Shown here: positions 19,080-29,391 of the stretch, piece after piece
Position numbering within the stretch: the stretch's first letter is position 1
Layout: each line of letters starts with the position of its first letter
Assembly (NCBI GenBank): GCA_964588985.1
Contig: CAZPQW010000007.1
Location: 32,001 to 96,000 of the forward strand
Length of the DNA: 64,000 nt
Source: an uncultured Solirubrobacteraceae bacterium
GTDB taxonomy: Bacteria > Actinomycetota > Thermoleophilia > Solirubrobacterales > Solirubrobacteraceae
Reading direction: 5' to 3'
The notes under the pieces: generated by a model
Seen by the model: only the letters and a program-made list of their open reading frames with translations
Told to the model about the DNA's origin: nothing
The model's database searches: none
Made by a program: the position numbers and the translations under genes

Positions 19080-19898
19080 ATGGACGCCCCATCGGAGCCC
19101 AATCCGAGCGCGGCGAGCGACGCGCCACTGCGACTCGAGCGTCTGCTGCCGCCGGGAGAGCCCGCCACGATCCCCGAGATCGTGCGGGAGATGGGGCTGT
19201 GGGACCGCGCGCCGTCTCCGTCTGAGCGTCCGCACGTGATGCTCAACATGATCTCGAGCGTCGACGGGCGAGCAACCGTGAGCGGACGCTCGGGGCCGCT
19301 CAGCGACACGGCCGACCGCAAGCTCTTCCACGGTCTGCGCACCGCCGTGGACGCGATCCTGGTGGGAGCGGGCACCGCACGCGTCGAGCGCTACGGCCGG
19401 CTGATCCCCGAGCAGGCGCGGCGGGATCTGCGCCGCGAGCACGGCCTGCCCGAGGAGCCGCTCGCGTGCATCGTGTCCGCGAGCCTCGACCTCGGCGAGG
19501 ACATACCTCTGCTCGGAGAGGGCGATGCGCGCGTCGCGATCCTGACGCCTTCCACCGCGAGCCTGCCCGACATGCCGGCGCAGGTGGACTACGTGCGCAC
19601 CGGTCCCGAGGGGCCGCTGAACCTGAGCGAGGCGCTGGCCGAGCTTGGAGAGCGCTTCGGCGTGCAGTCGGTGCTGTGCGAGGGCGGTCCGCACCTCGCG
19701 AGCGAACTGCTCCACGCGGGGCTGGTCGACGAAGTGTTCCTGTCGCTCTCGCCGACGCTCACCGGAGGAGACCCCGCGAAGGGACCGGCGCTTCGAATCC
19801 TCGCGGGGGTCGAGGTCGAGCCGCCGGTCGCACTCACGCTGCTCGGAGTGCTCCGCAGCGAGTCGAGCCTGTTCCTGCGCTACGCCGTGGACGCCTGA
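19080..19898 (+). CDS. RibD C-terminal / dihydrofolate reductase-like protein
   Basis: NMISSVDG, DAILVGAGT, LCEGGPHL and LVDE motifs. Confidence 0.88.
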   Translation: MDAPSEPNPSAASDAPLRLERLLPPGEPATIPEIVREMGLWDRAPSPSERPHVMLNMISSVDGRATVSGRSGPLSDTADRKLFHGLRTAVDAILVGAGTARVERYGRLIPEQARRDLRREHGLPEEPLACIVSASLDLGEDIPLLGEGDARVAILTPSTASLPDMPAQVDYVRTGPEGPLNLSEALAELGERFGVQSVLCEGGPHLASELLHAGLVDEVFLSLSPTLTGGDPAKGPALRILAGVEVEPPVALTLLGVLRSESSLFLRYAVDA

Positions 19899-20854
19899 GA
19901 GCGCGTCTCGCGCGAGACGACGCTCAGCAGCTCACTCGCCAGCTGACGGCCCTGGGTCGCAACCAGCGGCGTGGCCGCGATCAGCACCACCACCTCCTCC
20001 CCGTCGAGCTCCTCGAGCGTGATCCGCGGCGCGCGACGCAGCGGCGTCTGCAGCGAGCGCTCGAGCACCTCCTGCAGGTCGCCCGGAGTCATCCCCGCGC
20101 GCAGACGCGCGCGCAGGTTGACAGCCTCGGGCTCGCGCAGCGGCAGCACCGCGACGTTCAGCACCACGCTGTTGGGCACCATCATCGAGTCCTCGCCCGT
20201 GGCGAACGTCGTGTACAGCAGCCCCAGCGAGCTCACCGTCCCCTCGATCTGGCCCGCGAGCGGACCGCCCTGCAGCCGCACGCGCTCGCCCACGCGAAAT
20301 GGACGCGCGCTCAGGAGCACCGTGCCCGCGATCAGGTTGCCGAGCGTCTGCTGCGCGGCGAGGCCCACGATCACCGCGGTGAACGCGCCGCCCAGCGCCA
20401 GTTCTCCGGCGCCGATGCCCGCCACGCTGAGCGCCACCACGAACGCGAGCACGACCGTAGCCAGGCGGATCACGAACCCGACCGTCCCCGCGGTGGCCGG
20501 GTCCAGGCGCCTGAACAGCGCCGGGCCGAGCCCGCGGCCCATGTCGCGCGCGATCGCCCAGCCGAGGATCATCAGCGCGAGGACCGTCGCGACCCTGATG
20601 GGCGTGTCGAGCGCTCGTTCGAGCATCTTGTGAGCCGGTTCGTGGGTGTGCGGATCGGCCGCCACCTGCGTGCCGAACAGGCTCACGCGGTTGTCGTAGA
20701 TGAGGACGATGCCGACGAACAACGGCACGAGCACGAGCGCCTCCAGCCGCGCGCGCTTGACCACGCGCGGGCTTATCTGGCGCAGCAGTCCGACCTCCTG
20801 CCAGGCGTGGCTGCGGGTCTCGAACATCTTCGACGGTGTCTTACGCGCGGGCAT
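19880..20854 (-). CDS. MscS-family mechanosensitive channel
   Basis: GLAAQQTLGNLIAG, PFRVGERV and VPNS. Confidence 0.9.
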   Translation of the reverse strand: MPARKTPSKMFETRSHAWQEVGLLRQISPRVVKRARLEALVLVPLFVGIVLIYDNRVSLFGTQVAADPHTHEPAHKMLERALDTPIRVATVLALMILGWAIARDMGRGLGPALFRRLDPATAGTVGFVIRLATVVLAFVVALSVAGIGAGELALGGAFTAVIVGLAAQQTLGNLIAGTVLLSARPFRVGERVRLQGGPLAGQIEGTVSSLGLLYTTFATGEDSMMVPNSVVLNVAVLPLREPEAVNLRARLRAGMTPGDLQEVLERSLQTPLRRAPRITLEELDGEEVVVLIAATPLVATQGRQLASELLSVVSRETRSQASTA

Positions 20855-20909
20855 CAGCTGTCAATGATGGTGCACGACGCCGAGAACGCCGGCTGATCGC
20901 TTGCGTGCT

Positions 20910-21827
20910 CTACGACTGCGTGTAGGCGATCATCGCGACGCCGAACAGCATGCAGTAGATCGCGAACGGCGTGAGCGTCTTGGTCTTGAAGTAGCCGACC
21001 AGGAAGCGGACCGTGAAGACCGCGGTCACAGCGGCGACAGCACAGGCGACGGCCGCCTGTCCGCGCACCCCGTCGCCGAGGTGGCCGAGCAGGTCGGGCA
21101 TCTTGAAGATCGACGCCGCGAGGATGATCGGCGTTGCGAGCAGGAACGCGAAGCGCGCCGAGTCGCTGTGGTCGAGCCCGCGCGCAAGGCCGGTCCCCAT
21201 GGTGATCCCGTCGCGGCTGATCCCCGCGACCAGCGCCGTCGACTGGGCGACGCCCACGACGAGCGCCTCGCGGTATTCGAGCGTCGCCAGCTCGCGCGCG
21301 CCGTCTGGCTTCGCGCCTTCGCGCAGCGCCAGTTCGCGCACCTCCGCGCGACGGCGGAAGCGCTCGGCGGCGATCAGCACCATGCCGTTGACCGTCAGGA
21401 AGATCGCCGCGATTTCGGGCTTCGCGGTGAGCGTGCGCAGCTGGTGCTCGAAGATCAGGCCGAACAGCCCCGCCGGGATGCTCGCGACGATGATCAGCCA
21501 CGCGAGACGCTCGTCGGCGGTCTCCGCTTTGCGCGTGGAGAGGGTGTGGAAGAACGCTGTGACGATCTTCACCCAGTCGCGCCAGTAGTAGGCGAGCAGG
21601 CCGAGCGCGCTGCCGAGGTGAAGCGTGACGACGAACGCCAGCCAGAAGGACTCCGACTTCGACTGCGCGTCCACCAGCGCGTTCCAGCCGAACAGCGTCG
21701 GGAACAGCACCGTGTGCCCGAGGCTCGAGATCGGGAACAGCTCCGTCACGCCCTGCAGGAAGCCAAGCACGATCGCCTGGAAGTAGGTGACGGCCGAGCC
21801 GAGGGGAACCGCGTGGAGTATCGACAT
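20910..21827 (-). CDS. uppP: Undecaprenyl-diphosphate phosphatase (BacA/UppP)
   Basis: QGVTELFPISSLGH and GISR motifs. Multi-TM. Confidence 0.93.
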   Translation of the reverse strand: MSILHAVPLGSAVTYFQAIVLGFLQGVTELFPISSLGHTVLFPTLFGWNALVDAQSKSESFWLAFVVTLHLGSALGLLAYYWRDWVKIVTAFFHTLSTRKAETADERLAWLIIVASIPAGLFGLIFEHQLRTLTAKPEIAAIFLTVNGMVLIAAERFRRRAEVRELALREGAKPDGARELATLEYREALVVGVAQSTALVAGISRDGITMGTGLARGLDHSDSARFAFLLATPIILAASIFKMPDLLGHLGDGVRGQAAVACAVAAVTAVFTVRFLVGYFKTKTLTPFAIYCMLFGVAMIAYTQS

Positions 21828-21883
21828 AGCGGAACAGCCTATTGGGTGTCTCTGTCTCGCGCCCAACGCGTACCCTCCCGTCA

Positions 21884-23014
21884 ATGCACGCCGATGCCCA
21901 GCGGATCGAGCCGTCGCTCGTGCAGATCGCGCAGGAGTGGGGACGGATCGGCTGCATCGGCTTCGGCGGGCCGCCCGCGCACATCGTGCTGCTGCGCGAG
22001 CTGTGTGTCACGCGGCGCGCGTGGCTCAGCGACGTGCAGTTCGAGCGCGCGGTCGCCGCCACCAACATCCTCCCCGGCCCCGCCTCCACGCAGCTGGCGA
22101 TCTACTGCGCGTGGCGTCTGCGGGGCGTTCGCGGCGCGCTGCTAGGGGGAGCTGGCTTCATCCTCCCCGGACTGATCGCGATCATCGCGCTGTCGGTGCT
22201 CTTCCTCTCGGGCTCTCCGCCGGCGTGGCTGCGCGGCGCGGGCATGGGCGCGGGCGCGGCGGTCGCCGCGGTGGCTGTGCGCGCCGGCCTGGGCGTCGCC
22301 GGCCCGATCTGGAGATCGGCGAGCGGCGAGCGGCGCGTGGGCGTGCTCGCCTACGGGCTCGCCGGCGCCGTCGCATCGGCGCTCGCGGGACCGCTGCTGG
22401 TGCTCGTGCTGATCGCATGCGGGGCGGTCGAGCTGACGCGCGAGCGGCTCGTCGCTCGAACCCCTACGGCACACGCCTCGCTGCTGCCGGCGCTCGTGTG
22501 GACCGCGCTGAAGGTCGGCGCGCTCGCGTTCGGAGGCGGCTTCGTGATTGTGCCGCTGATGCAGTCCGACGCCGTCGGCACCTACCACTGGATGAGCCAC
22601 GGCCAGTTCCTCAACGCCGTCGCGCTCGGGCAGGTCACACCCGGCCCGCTCACACAGACGGTCGCCGTGGTGGGCTACGCCGCGGCGGGCCTGCCGGGCG
22701 CGCTGCTGGCGGCGGCGGTCGCGTTCGCGCCCTCCTTCTCCTTCGTCCTGCTCGGCGCCGCGCGCTTCGAGCGGATGCTCGTCGATGAGCGCGTGCGGGG
22801 CTTCCTCGCCGGTGCCGCGCCGGCCGCCGCCGGGGCGATCGTGGGAGCCGCGGTACCGCTCGCCTCCGCGCTCAGCCAGACGTGGCAGTACCCGCTGTTG
22901 GCAGCGGCTGCCGTCGCGCTGCTCGTGCTGCGCCGGAGCGTCGTCCCCACGCTGCTGCTCGCCGGCTGTGTCGGCGTGGTGGCCGCGCTCGTCGGCGCGC
23001 CGATCCCGCACTGA
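21884..23014 (+). CDS. chrA: Chromate efflux transporter (ChrA family)
   Basis: Duplicated FGG and PGP motifs (GFGGP...PGPAS and AFGGG...TPGP). Confidence 0.9.
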   Translation: MHADAQRIEPSLVQIAQEWGRIGCIGFGGPPAHIVLLRELCVTRRAWLSDVQFERAVAATNILPGPASTQLAIYCAWRLRGVRGALLGGAGFILPGLIAIIALSVLFLSGSPPAWLRGAGMGAGAAVAAVAVRAGLGVAGPIWRSASGERRVGVLAYGLAGAVASALAGPLLVLVLIACGAVELTRERLVARTPTAHASLLPALVWTALKVGALAFGGGFVIVPLMQSDAVGTYHWMSHGQFLNAVALGQVTPGPLTQTVAVVGYAAAGLPGALLAAAVAFAPSFSFVLLGAARFERMLVDERVRGFLAGAAPAAAGAIVGAAVPLASALSQTWQYPLLAAAAVALLVLRRSVVPTLLLAGCVGVVAALVGAPIPH

Positions 23015-23128
23015 GCACCGCGCCACACGGCGCAGTCGGGAACACCCGCGCGGATCTTCACCGTCGCTTCACACGATCGTTGCTGCTTGGTCACAAAAAA
23101 CCGCCCTTTGCAGGGAATTCTGACTGAT

Positions 23129-25528
23129 ATGAACGGACGAGGAACGACAACGCAAACGCAGCAACCAACGACACGCGTGGACATGCACTGCCACTCCACC
23201 GCGTCACAGGAGTCACGGCTCGGTGTGCAGCGCGCCGTCGGACTGCCAGAGTGCGCGACGCCTCCGCTGGAGGTCTACGAGCTGGCCAAGCGCCGAGGCA
23301 TGGATTTCGTGACCATCACCGACCACGACACGATCGCAGGAGTCCTCGAGATCGCCGACCGTCCCGACGTGTTCGTCTCGGTCGAGCTGACCGCGCACTT
23401 CCGCGGCGAGCCTCAGGCGGTTCACGTGCTCTGCTACGGCATCACGCCGGAGGATCACGAGTGGCTGCAGGCGCACCGCGGCGACGTGGAGCTGTGCGCG
23501 GCGTACATGCACGAGCGCGAGATCGCGTGCGCGCTCGCCCACCCCTACTACACGGTCGCAGCGCCGCTGAGCGCCCGCCACCGCCGCCGCCTGGCGGAGC
23601 TGTTCGGCGTGTGGGAGATCCGCAACGGCGCTCGCGCGCGCGAGCTCAACCGACCCGCGGCGACGTACGTGGCCACGCGCGACGGCGTCGGCATCGGCGG
23701 CAGCGACGACCACGCGGGCGTGGACATCGGGCGCACGTACACCGAAGCGCCAGCGGCGAGCACGCCCGAGGAGTTCCTCGCGCACATGCGCGCGGGAGAT
23801 GTGGTCGCGCGCGGCGCGCAGGGCAGCGCGGCCAAGTGGGCGCACGCGGCGATCGCGCTCGCGGCCCGCTCGCTCGAGCAGGGCCCGAACGCGGAGGTGA
23901 GCACCGGGCGCCCGGATCCGCAGCGGGTGATGACGATGCTGCACCGGCTGCTGAGGGAGGGCGACCTGCGCGAGAGCTCCAACACGGCCGGCGGGGCGGT
24001 CTCGCCCGAGGACGCGCGCTGCCTGCTGCGCGCGTGGCTCGCGGCGGTGGAGCTCGACCACCTCGACGCCGCCGGTCTGATCGCGCTGATGCAGGAGGAG
24101 TCCTTCAGCCACTCGGGGCTCTACCGGCGTGCGTGCCGTCTACACGAGCGCAAGCTGCGCGCCGCGGTGGACGTCGCGGTGAGCGCGGCGACCGGGGAGG
24201 CGGACGTGATGAGCGCCGCGGAGGGCCTGTTCGAGGCGTGCATCGCCGCGATCCCCTACGCGCCCGCCACCGCGTTCCTCGCGGGCGAGCAGGCGAAGCT
24301 CGCCGCGATCCCCTACTCCGGCCCACAGCGCATCGGCGCGGGCCCAAGCGTCGGGGCGCAGCGCCGCGAGGACGGCGAGACGCCGCGGGTGGCGATCCTC
24401 GCGGACGGCATCGGCTCGACGCACGGCGTCACTCGCACGATCGAGGAGATCCGCCAGCGCGGAGTGCCGGGCTTCGAGATCGAGGTCGTCGGCACCGACC
24501 CGGAGGTCGACCGGCGCCTGTCCGCGGTGGCGGAGATCGACGTCCCCTTCTACCCGGGGCTGCGGATCGGCGTCCCGAGCCTGCCCGGTGCGGTGCAGAC
24601 GCTCGCGGACGGCTGCTTCGACGCGATCCACGTGTGCTCGCCCGGACCGGCGGGAGTGGCGGGCGCGCTCGTAGCCCGCGCGCTCGGACTGCCACTTGTC
24701 GGCAGCTACCACACGGAGCTCACCGCGTACGCGGGCCTGCGCTCCGGGGAGCGTCGCGTGGCGGATGCGATGGCGATGGCGGTCGCGGCGTTCTACGGCG
24801 CGTGCGACGTGGTCCTCTCCCCCAGCGCCGCCGCCGACGCCGCACTCGCGTCGATCGGGATGGCTCCCGAGCGGGTGCTGCGCTGGGACCGCGGCGTGGA
24901 CACTTCGCGCTTCCGCCCCGCCCTGCGCGACTCGGCGCTGCGTAGGGACACCGAGGAGATCACGGTGATGTACTCGGGCCGGATCACGCGCGAGAAGGGC
25001 ATCGACCTGCTCGCCGACGCGTTCCTGCTCGCCCGCGCGTGCGACCCGCGGCTGCGCCTGCAGCTGGCCGGCGGCGGACCCGAGGAGGAGCGTGTGCGCG
25101 AGCGCCTCGGCGAGAGCGCGCGCTTCCTCGGCTGGCTGGAGGGCGATGAGCTCGCGCAGGCGTACGCGGGCGCGGACATCTTCCTGTTCACGAGCTCCAC
25201 CGACACGTTCGGCCAGGTGATCCTCGAGGCGCAGGCGAGCGGGCTGCCGGTGATCGCGGTCGCCGAGGGCGGTCCGCTGTCGCTCATCGATCACCGTACG
25301 AGCGGGCTGCTGTGCCGCCCCGACGCGGCGCGTCTCGCGGCCACGCTGCTCGAGCTGGCCGACTCGCCGCTGCTGCGCGAGCACCTCTCCCGCGGCGCGC
25401 TTCGCGCGGTGGCGCAGCGCACGTGGGAGCGCACGCTCGAGCGCCTCGCGGACGGCTACCAGCACGTGCTCGGCGGATCGGGATCCCAGCAATCTCCAGG
25501 CGCCGAGCTGCGCGAGCGCGCGGCGTAG
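23129..25528 (+). CDS. PHP phosphoesterase - GT4 glycosyltransferase fusion
   Basis: DMHCHS, TITDHDT, AHP and GGSDDH (PHP). SYHTE, WDRGVD, GRITREKG and DTFGQVILEA (GT4). Confidence 0.9.
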   Translation: MNGRGTTTQTQQPTTRVDMHCHSTASQESRLGVQRAVGLPECATPPLEVYELAKRRGMDFVTITDHDTIAGVLEIADRPDVFVSVELTAHFRGEPQAVHVLCYGITPEDHEWLQAHRGDVELCAAYMHEREIACALAHPYYTVAAPLSARHRRRLAELFGVWEIRNGARARELNRPAATYVATRDGVGIGGSDDHAGVDIGRTYTEAPAASTPEEFLAHMRAGDVVARGAQGSAAKWAHAAIALAARSLEQGPNAEVSTGRPDPQRVMTMLHRLLREGDLRESSNTAGGAVSPEDARCLLRAWLAAVELDHLDAAGLIALMQEESFSHSGLYRRACRLHERKLRAAVDVAVSAATGEADVMSAAEGLFEACIAAIPYAPATAFLAGEQAKLAAIPYSGPQRIGAGPSVGAQRREDGETPRVAILADGIGSTHGVTRTIEEIRQRGVPGFEIEVVGTDPEVDRRLSAVAEIDVPFYPGLRIGVPSLPGAVQTLADGCFDAIHVCSPGPAGVAGALVARALGLPLVGSYHTELTAYAGLRSGERRVADAMAMAVAAFYGACDVVLSPSAAADAALASIGMAPERVLRWDRGVDTSRFRPALRDSALRRDTEEITVMYSGRITREKGIDLLADAFLLARACDPRLRLQLAGGGPEEERVRERLGESARFLGWLEGDELAQAYAGADIFLFTSSTDTFGQVILEAQASGLPVIAVAEGGPLSLIDHRTSGLLCRPDAARLAATLLELADSPLLREHLSRGALRAVAQRTWERTLERLADGYQHVLGGSGSQQSPGAELRERAA

Positions 25529-25533
25529 AGATC

Positions 25534-26307
25534 GTGCCCGCGCGCTGCCCCACCGACTCCGGGCGAACGATCGCGGTCGCGCTGCACGGGATCGAGCCGG
25601 CCACGTACGAACGCTGCGCGGTGATCCGCGACTGGCTCGAAGACCACGGCGTGGGCCGCGTGACGCTGCTTGTGATCCCCGCACGCGATCTGCACCCGGT
25701 CGGTGAGCGCGCGCCGGAGATGGTGGACTGGTTGAGCGAGCGCCGCCGCACGGGCGACTCGATCGCCCAGCACGGCTTTCAGCACGTGCGCGCACGTCAC
25801 GGGTCCTACGCGCAGCAGATGCTCGCGCGCGCCCCAGGACATCGCAGCGGCGAGTTCGTGGGGCTCGACCTCGAGGAGACGCGGCGAGCTGTGCACGCCG
25901 GCTGGCGTGTGCTCAAGCTCGCGGGCATCGAGCCGGACGGGTTCGTCGCGCCCTCCTACGCGTACACCGCGGCGCTGCGCCACACGCTCGGACAGCGCTT
26001 CAGCTGGTGGGCGGGGCTGCTGCGCGTGCACCGCGCCCAGGACGCTCTCGCCGCGGACCCCGAGTTCATGGACCACTCCCACGTCGGCCTCGCGCCCGCA
26101 TGGAGCCTCGCCTCGGGCGGACCGTTCGGTCGCCTACTCTCACCGCCGCTCCTGCGGATCGGCTCGTTGCTGCCGACGAGCACGCTGCGCCTGGACATCC
26201 ACCCCGACGACCTGCGGCACCCGCATCACATGATGGCCCTCGAGTGGGTGCTCGGGCGGGTGGGCTCGCGACGCGCGGTCACCTACCGCGAGCTCGCGGG
26301 CGTCTGA
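25534..26307 (+). CDS. DUF2334 / polysaccharide deacetylase-like protein
   Basis: TLLVIP, QHGFQH, GEF, GFVAP and RLDIHP motifs. Directly downstream of the PHP-GT4 gene. Confidence 0.75.
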   Translation: MPARCPTDSGRTIAVALHGIEPATYERCAVIRDWLEDHGVGRVTLLVIPARDLHPVGERAPEMVDWLSERRRTGDSIAQHGFQHVRARHGSYAQQMLARAPGHRSGEFVGLDLEETRRAVHAGWRVLKLAGIEPDGFVAPSYAYTAALRHTLGQRFSWWAGLLRVHRAQDALAADPEFMDHSHVGLAPAWSLASGGPFGRLLSPPLLRIGSLLPTSTLRLDIHPDDLRHPHHMMALEWVLGRVGSRRAVTYRELAGV

Positions 26308-26321
26308 CCCTAGAACCTAAA

Positions 26322-27707
26322 TCAGTTCTTCGCCGCGGTGAACATCGCGGGTTCGAACGACTTCACCGCGGGCAGCGCGGCGTAGCCGAGGTGCTGCAGG
26401 CCGAACAGGTCCTCGATCGTGCGCAGAAGCGAGAAATGGTTGAAGGGTTCCTGGTTGGTGGCGCCGCCTTTGACGTACGGGGAGAGCAGCAGCGCTCCCA
26501 CCGTGCCGCCGCCGCGCGGCGTCAGGCTGGTGGTGGCGGGGAGGTTGGGGAACCGCGGCTGGCCGCAGCAGGAGCTCGAGTCGGTGAACGCGCCGCTCGA
26601 GGGCGCCTCGTCGACGGTTACGACGATCAGGCCGTCCTGCTTGTAGGCCTTAGACGCCGTGATCTCCGGGACGACCTTCTGCAGGAACGCGTCCGCCGGA
26701 CTGAGGCCCGCGGGCGCTCCGGCCGTGCACGGAGTGGGGTTCCCGTCGTGGCAGCGGTCGGGGACGATGTAGGAGAGGCTCGGCGTGCGCTTCGCGTTTC
26801 CGAGGTCCGTCTTCAGCCGATCGAGGCCGACGTCGTCCGCGGCGCAGGACGCCGTGAGCGACTGGAAGTACACGAGCGGGTTGCGGAACGTCGCGTATGC
26901 ACCGGTGCTCGCGCCTTGAGCGGACGTCGGGTCGGGCTGTCCGAGCGCAGGGTGCGCGCACGCGCCGGCCGAGGCGCCCGCTTCGTCGATCCCCTCCACA
27001 TACGCTCGCCAGCTGAGGTGCTTGGCGACGAGCTGCCCGGGGAGCGTCTGTGTGGATGACGGGTACACGCAGCCGTTGCCCTGCACCTGTTCGGAGGCGC
27101 CGGCGCTCGCCGGTTCGATCGCGGTGTACGTGGCGCAGTTGGCGGTCGTTTCGGTCGTCGGTCCCTGGCCGCTGAGCAGCGCGATCTCGTTGGCGAGCTC
27201 CTCGTGGGCGACGGCGTCGTAGCGGACCAGCAGCTCGCCCTTGTGCTCGAGCGTGTGTGCCAGGTAGTGCGCTGAGGATTCGGGTCCGAACACGGCCGCG
27301 TAGGGCTGGTCGGAGAGCGCGATCACGAACACGTGCTTGATCGCGGGGAGCTTCGTCGCCGGGGTGCCCGGCGACGGCTTGCTCGATTCTTCTTCGCCGC
27401 TCGATTTGCCGTTCGAGCTCGGCGATTTCGTGGCGGCTTTCTTCGGCGACGGCGTTTCCGCGGTGGGCGTCGGTTCGGCTTCGGATTCGGGCGGTTCGCT
27501 GGCGGATTCCGACGACGGGGTCGAGCTGGGCGTGCTCGACCCCGGTGTGGCGGCCGGGCTCACCACCTTCACGATCGGCGCGACCGACGCCGCGAGCGCG
27601 TACTCAGACTGCCTCGTCGCGCGCCCGATCAGCACGCCAAATCCCAGGAACACCAATACGAGGAACGCCGAGACCTTGGGCGATGGCAGTCTCAGCCCGA
27701 AGCTCAT
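26322..27707 (-). CDS. Membrane-anchored phosphoesterase-family (alkaline-phosphatase-fold) protein
   Basis: IKHVFVI, SWRAYVE, IVPDRCHDG, TVDE and NHFSLLRTIEDLFGL. N-terminal TM plus S/T/P/E linker. Confidence 0.8.
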   Translation of the reverse strand: MSFGLRLPSPKVSAFLVLVFLGFGVLIGRATRQSEYALAASVAPIVKVVSPAATPGSSTPSSTPSSESASEPPESEAEPTPTAETPSPKKAATKSPSSNGKSSGEEESSKPSPGTPATKLPAIKHVFVIALSDQPYAAVFGPESSAHYLAHTLEHKGELLVRYDAVAHEELANEIALLSGQGPTTETTANCATYTAIEPASAGASEQVQGNGCVYPSSTQTLPGQLVAKHLSWRAYVEGIDEAGASAGACAHPALGQPDPTSAQGASTGAYATFRNPLVYFQSLTASCAADDVGLDRLKTDLGNAKRTPSLSYIVPDRCHDGNPTPCTAGAPAGLSPADAFLQKVVPEITASKAYKQDGLIVVTVDEAPSSGAFTDSSSCCGQPRFPNLPATTSLTPRGGGTVGALLLSPYVKGGATNQEPFNHFSLLRTIEDLFGLQHLGYAALPAVKSFEPAMFTAAKN

Positions 27708-27715
27708 GTGCGGCC

Positions 27716-28174
27716 CTAGTCGTCCGAGCTGTGCGCCGGCGAGGCGAGCAGCGCGTCCATGACGGCCGTCGTGTCCTCGCTCGCGACGAGCGCAGCGCTG
27801 GGGATCCGCTCCATGAGCGTCGCGCCGCACTGCCAGCAGAAGACCGCGCCGCGACTGTGGGGAGCGGCGCAGTGCGGGCAGTTGCCCGCCACACCGCCCT
27901 CCTCCATCCGCAGCAGCCGTTCCACCTCCGCCAGTTCGCCGTCGCGCTCCTGCAGCGCTGCCGCACGGCGCACCAGCACGTCGAGTCGGAAGTGGTCACG
28001 AATCGCCATCTCGTAGGCGAGTCCGCCGAGATCCCAGTGCATCTCACGAACCTGGTCGGCGAGCGTGTCGCGCCTGCGCTGCAGGTCCGAGTGCCCCGTC
28101 GGCTCGCTCACAAGCGAAGCGGGCGGGTTCGTCCTGCCGCCGTCTCTGCCGATCGCTTCGCCAAAGCTGCTCAT
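27716..28174 (-). CDS. Coiled-coil plus zinc-ribbon protein
   Basis: CPHC...CWQC and helical DLGGLAYEM region. Confidence 0.75.
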   Translation of the reverse strand: MSSFGEAIGRDGGRTNPPASLVSEPTGHSDLQRRRDTLADQVREMHWDLGGLAYEMAIRDHFRLDVLVRRAAALQERDGELAEVERLLRMEEGGVAGNCPHCAAPHSRGAVFCWQCGATLMERIPSAALVASEDTTAVMDALLASPAHSSDD

Positions 28175-28178
28175 GGGT

Positions 28179-29039
28179 CTAACCGGTCGAGACGACGTCG
28201 GGGAGATTCTTGGATTTTTCCTCATAGCTCTTGCCTTTGGCGCCTTTCAGACCTTCGAGCACCGACGGCGGAGCGGGTTTGCTCTCGTTCGATCCGACGC
28301 CGCCGGAGGAACCGCCCGTGGAGCCTTCCGCCGAGCTGTGGTTGGACACCGAGATCACCTTCGCCCCCGGAAATCTCTTCTTCAGTCCGGCGAGCGCTTT
28401 CGTCGCTTCGGCCCGCTTGTGGTAGACGCCCGAGTAGATCGCGTAGCTGCCGGCGGTGAGGCTGCTGAATTCTTCGGTCTTCAGCGCGCCGACCGCTTTC
28501 GCGCCCTTCCCGGTGGCGGAGGTCTTGGCGGCCTGCACGGCACTGACCGTGGTTCCCGCTTCTGGGAGCGTCTGCAGCTGCACGGTGAAGCCACTGGTGG
28601 ATGACGGCCAGTCTCCGGTGAACGACGCTTCGCTCGACCCGGTGCTCCCGCCCGTGCCGGTCGTGCCCGCGACCGTGACCACCTGGGGCGTGGGCGCCGC
28701 GGCGGGCTTGGTGTTGCCGGAACGTCCGATCAGGATGCCGACTCCCATCGCCAGCAGGAGAACGCCGACGCCCGCGATCACGGCCAGCGTGTTGGCGCTG
28801 TCGCGCGTCTCTCGCGGCGGCTCGGATCCGGGAGGTCGCGGCGGTGTGGCCGGAGGGGATGTCGCCGTCTCCCCGCCGGGCGCCGCGCTCGGCGCGAAGC
28901 TGCTCGTGGGAGCTCGACGCTCGCCGCACTCCAGGCAGTAGCGCTGGTCGCTCGCCATCGGCGCGCCGCAGCTTGCGCACTGACCTGCACGCGCTGCTAT
29001 CGGCATTGAGCTGGCGATCGATTCGGTGGACAGTGCCAT
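28179..29039 (-). CDS. Zinc-ribbon / TM / SPOR-like domain protein
   Basis: CASC...CLEC, single TM, then FTVQL...YAIYSGVY...AKVISV resembling SPOR. Confidence 0.72.
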   Translation of the reverse strand: MALSTESIASSMPIAARAGQCASCGAPMASDQRYCLECGERRAPTSSFAPSAAPGGETATSPPATPPRPPGSEPPRETRDSANTLAVIAGVGVLLLAMGVGILIGRSGNTKPAAAPTPQVVTVAGTTGTGGSTGSSEASFTGDWPSSTSGFTVQLQTLPEAGTTVSAVQAAKTSATGKGAKAVGALKTEEFSSLTAGSYAIYSGVYHKRAEATKALAGLKKRFPGAKVISVSNHSSAEGSTGGSSGGVGSNESKPAPPSVLEGLKGAKGKSYEEKSKNLPDVVSTG

Positions 29040-29175
29040 CACCTTCGTCTTGCGATTCGAGCCGCGCGGCGCGATTGCGCACGGGTGGCTGTCAGCGACG
29101 TTGCGCTGCGGGTCCTATGGTCGATCCCACGGCGCGCACAGGCGTGATGATTTTGTGAAGAGCCCGCTGCCGCTT

Positions 29176-29391
29176 CTACGCCGCGAGGCTGCCACTGGAC
29201 AGCGATGCACCGTCGCGGCCGATGCCCATCTCGGCGCGAGCGGAAATCGCAACGGGCCCAGCCTGCTCCCACGCAGCCGATACGTCCTCGGGCTGTGCGA
29301 GGTCGCCCAAACGCGCGGCCGCGCACAGCCCGGTTGCCAGCCAGAGGACGAGCATCCAAGCGGAGACTACGAGCAGCAGGGTCATGGTCAT
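29176..29391 (-). CDS. Small hydrophobic protein
   Basis: One TM helix followed by LCAAARLGD. GGAG upstream of ATG. Confidence 0.5.
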   Translation of the reverse strand: MTMTLLLVVSAWMLVLWLATGLCAAARLGDLAQPEDVSAAWEQAGPVAISARAEMGIGRDGASLSSGSLAA

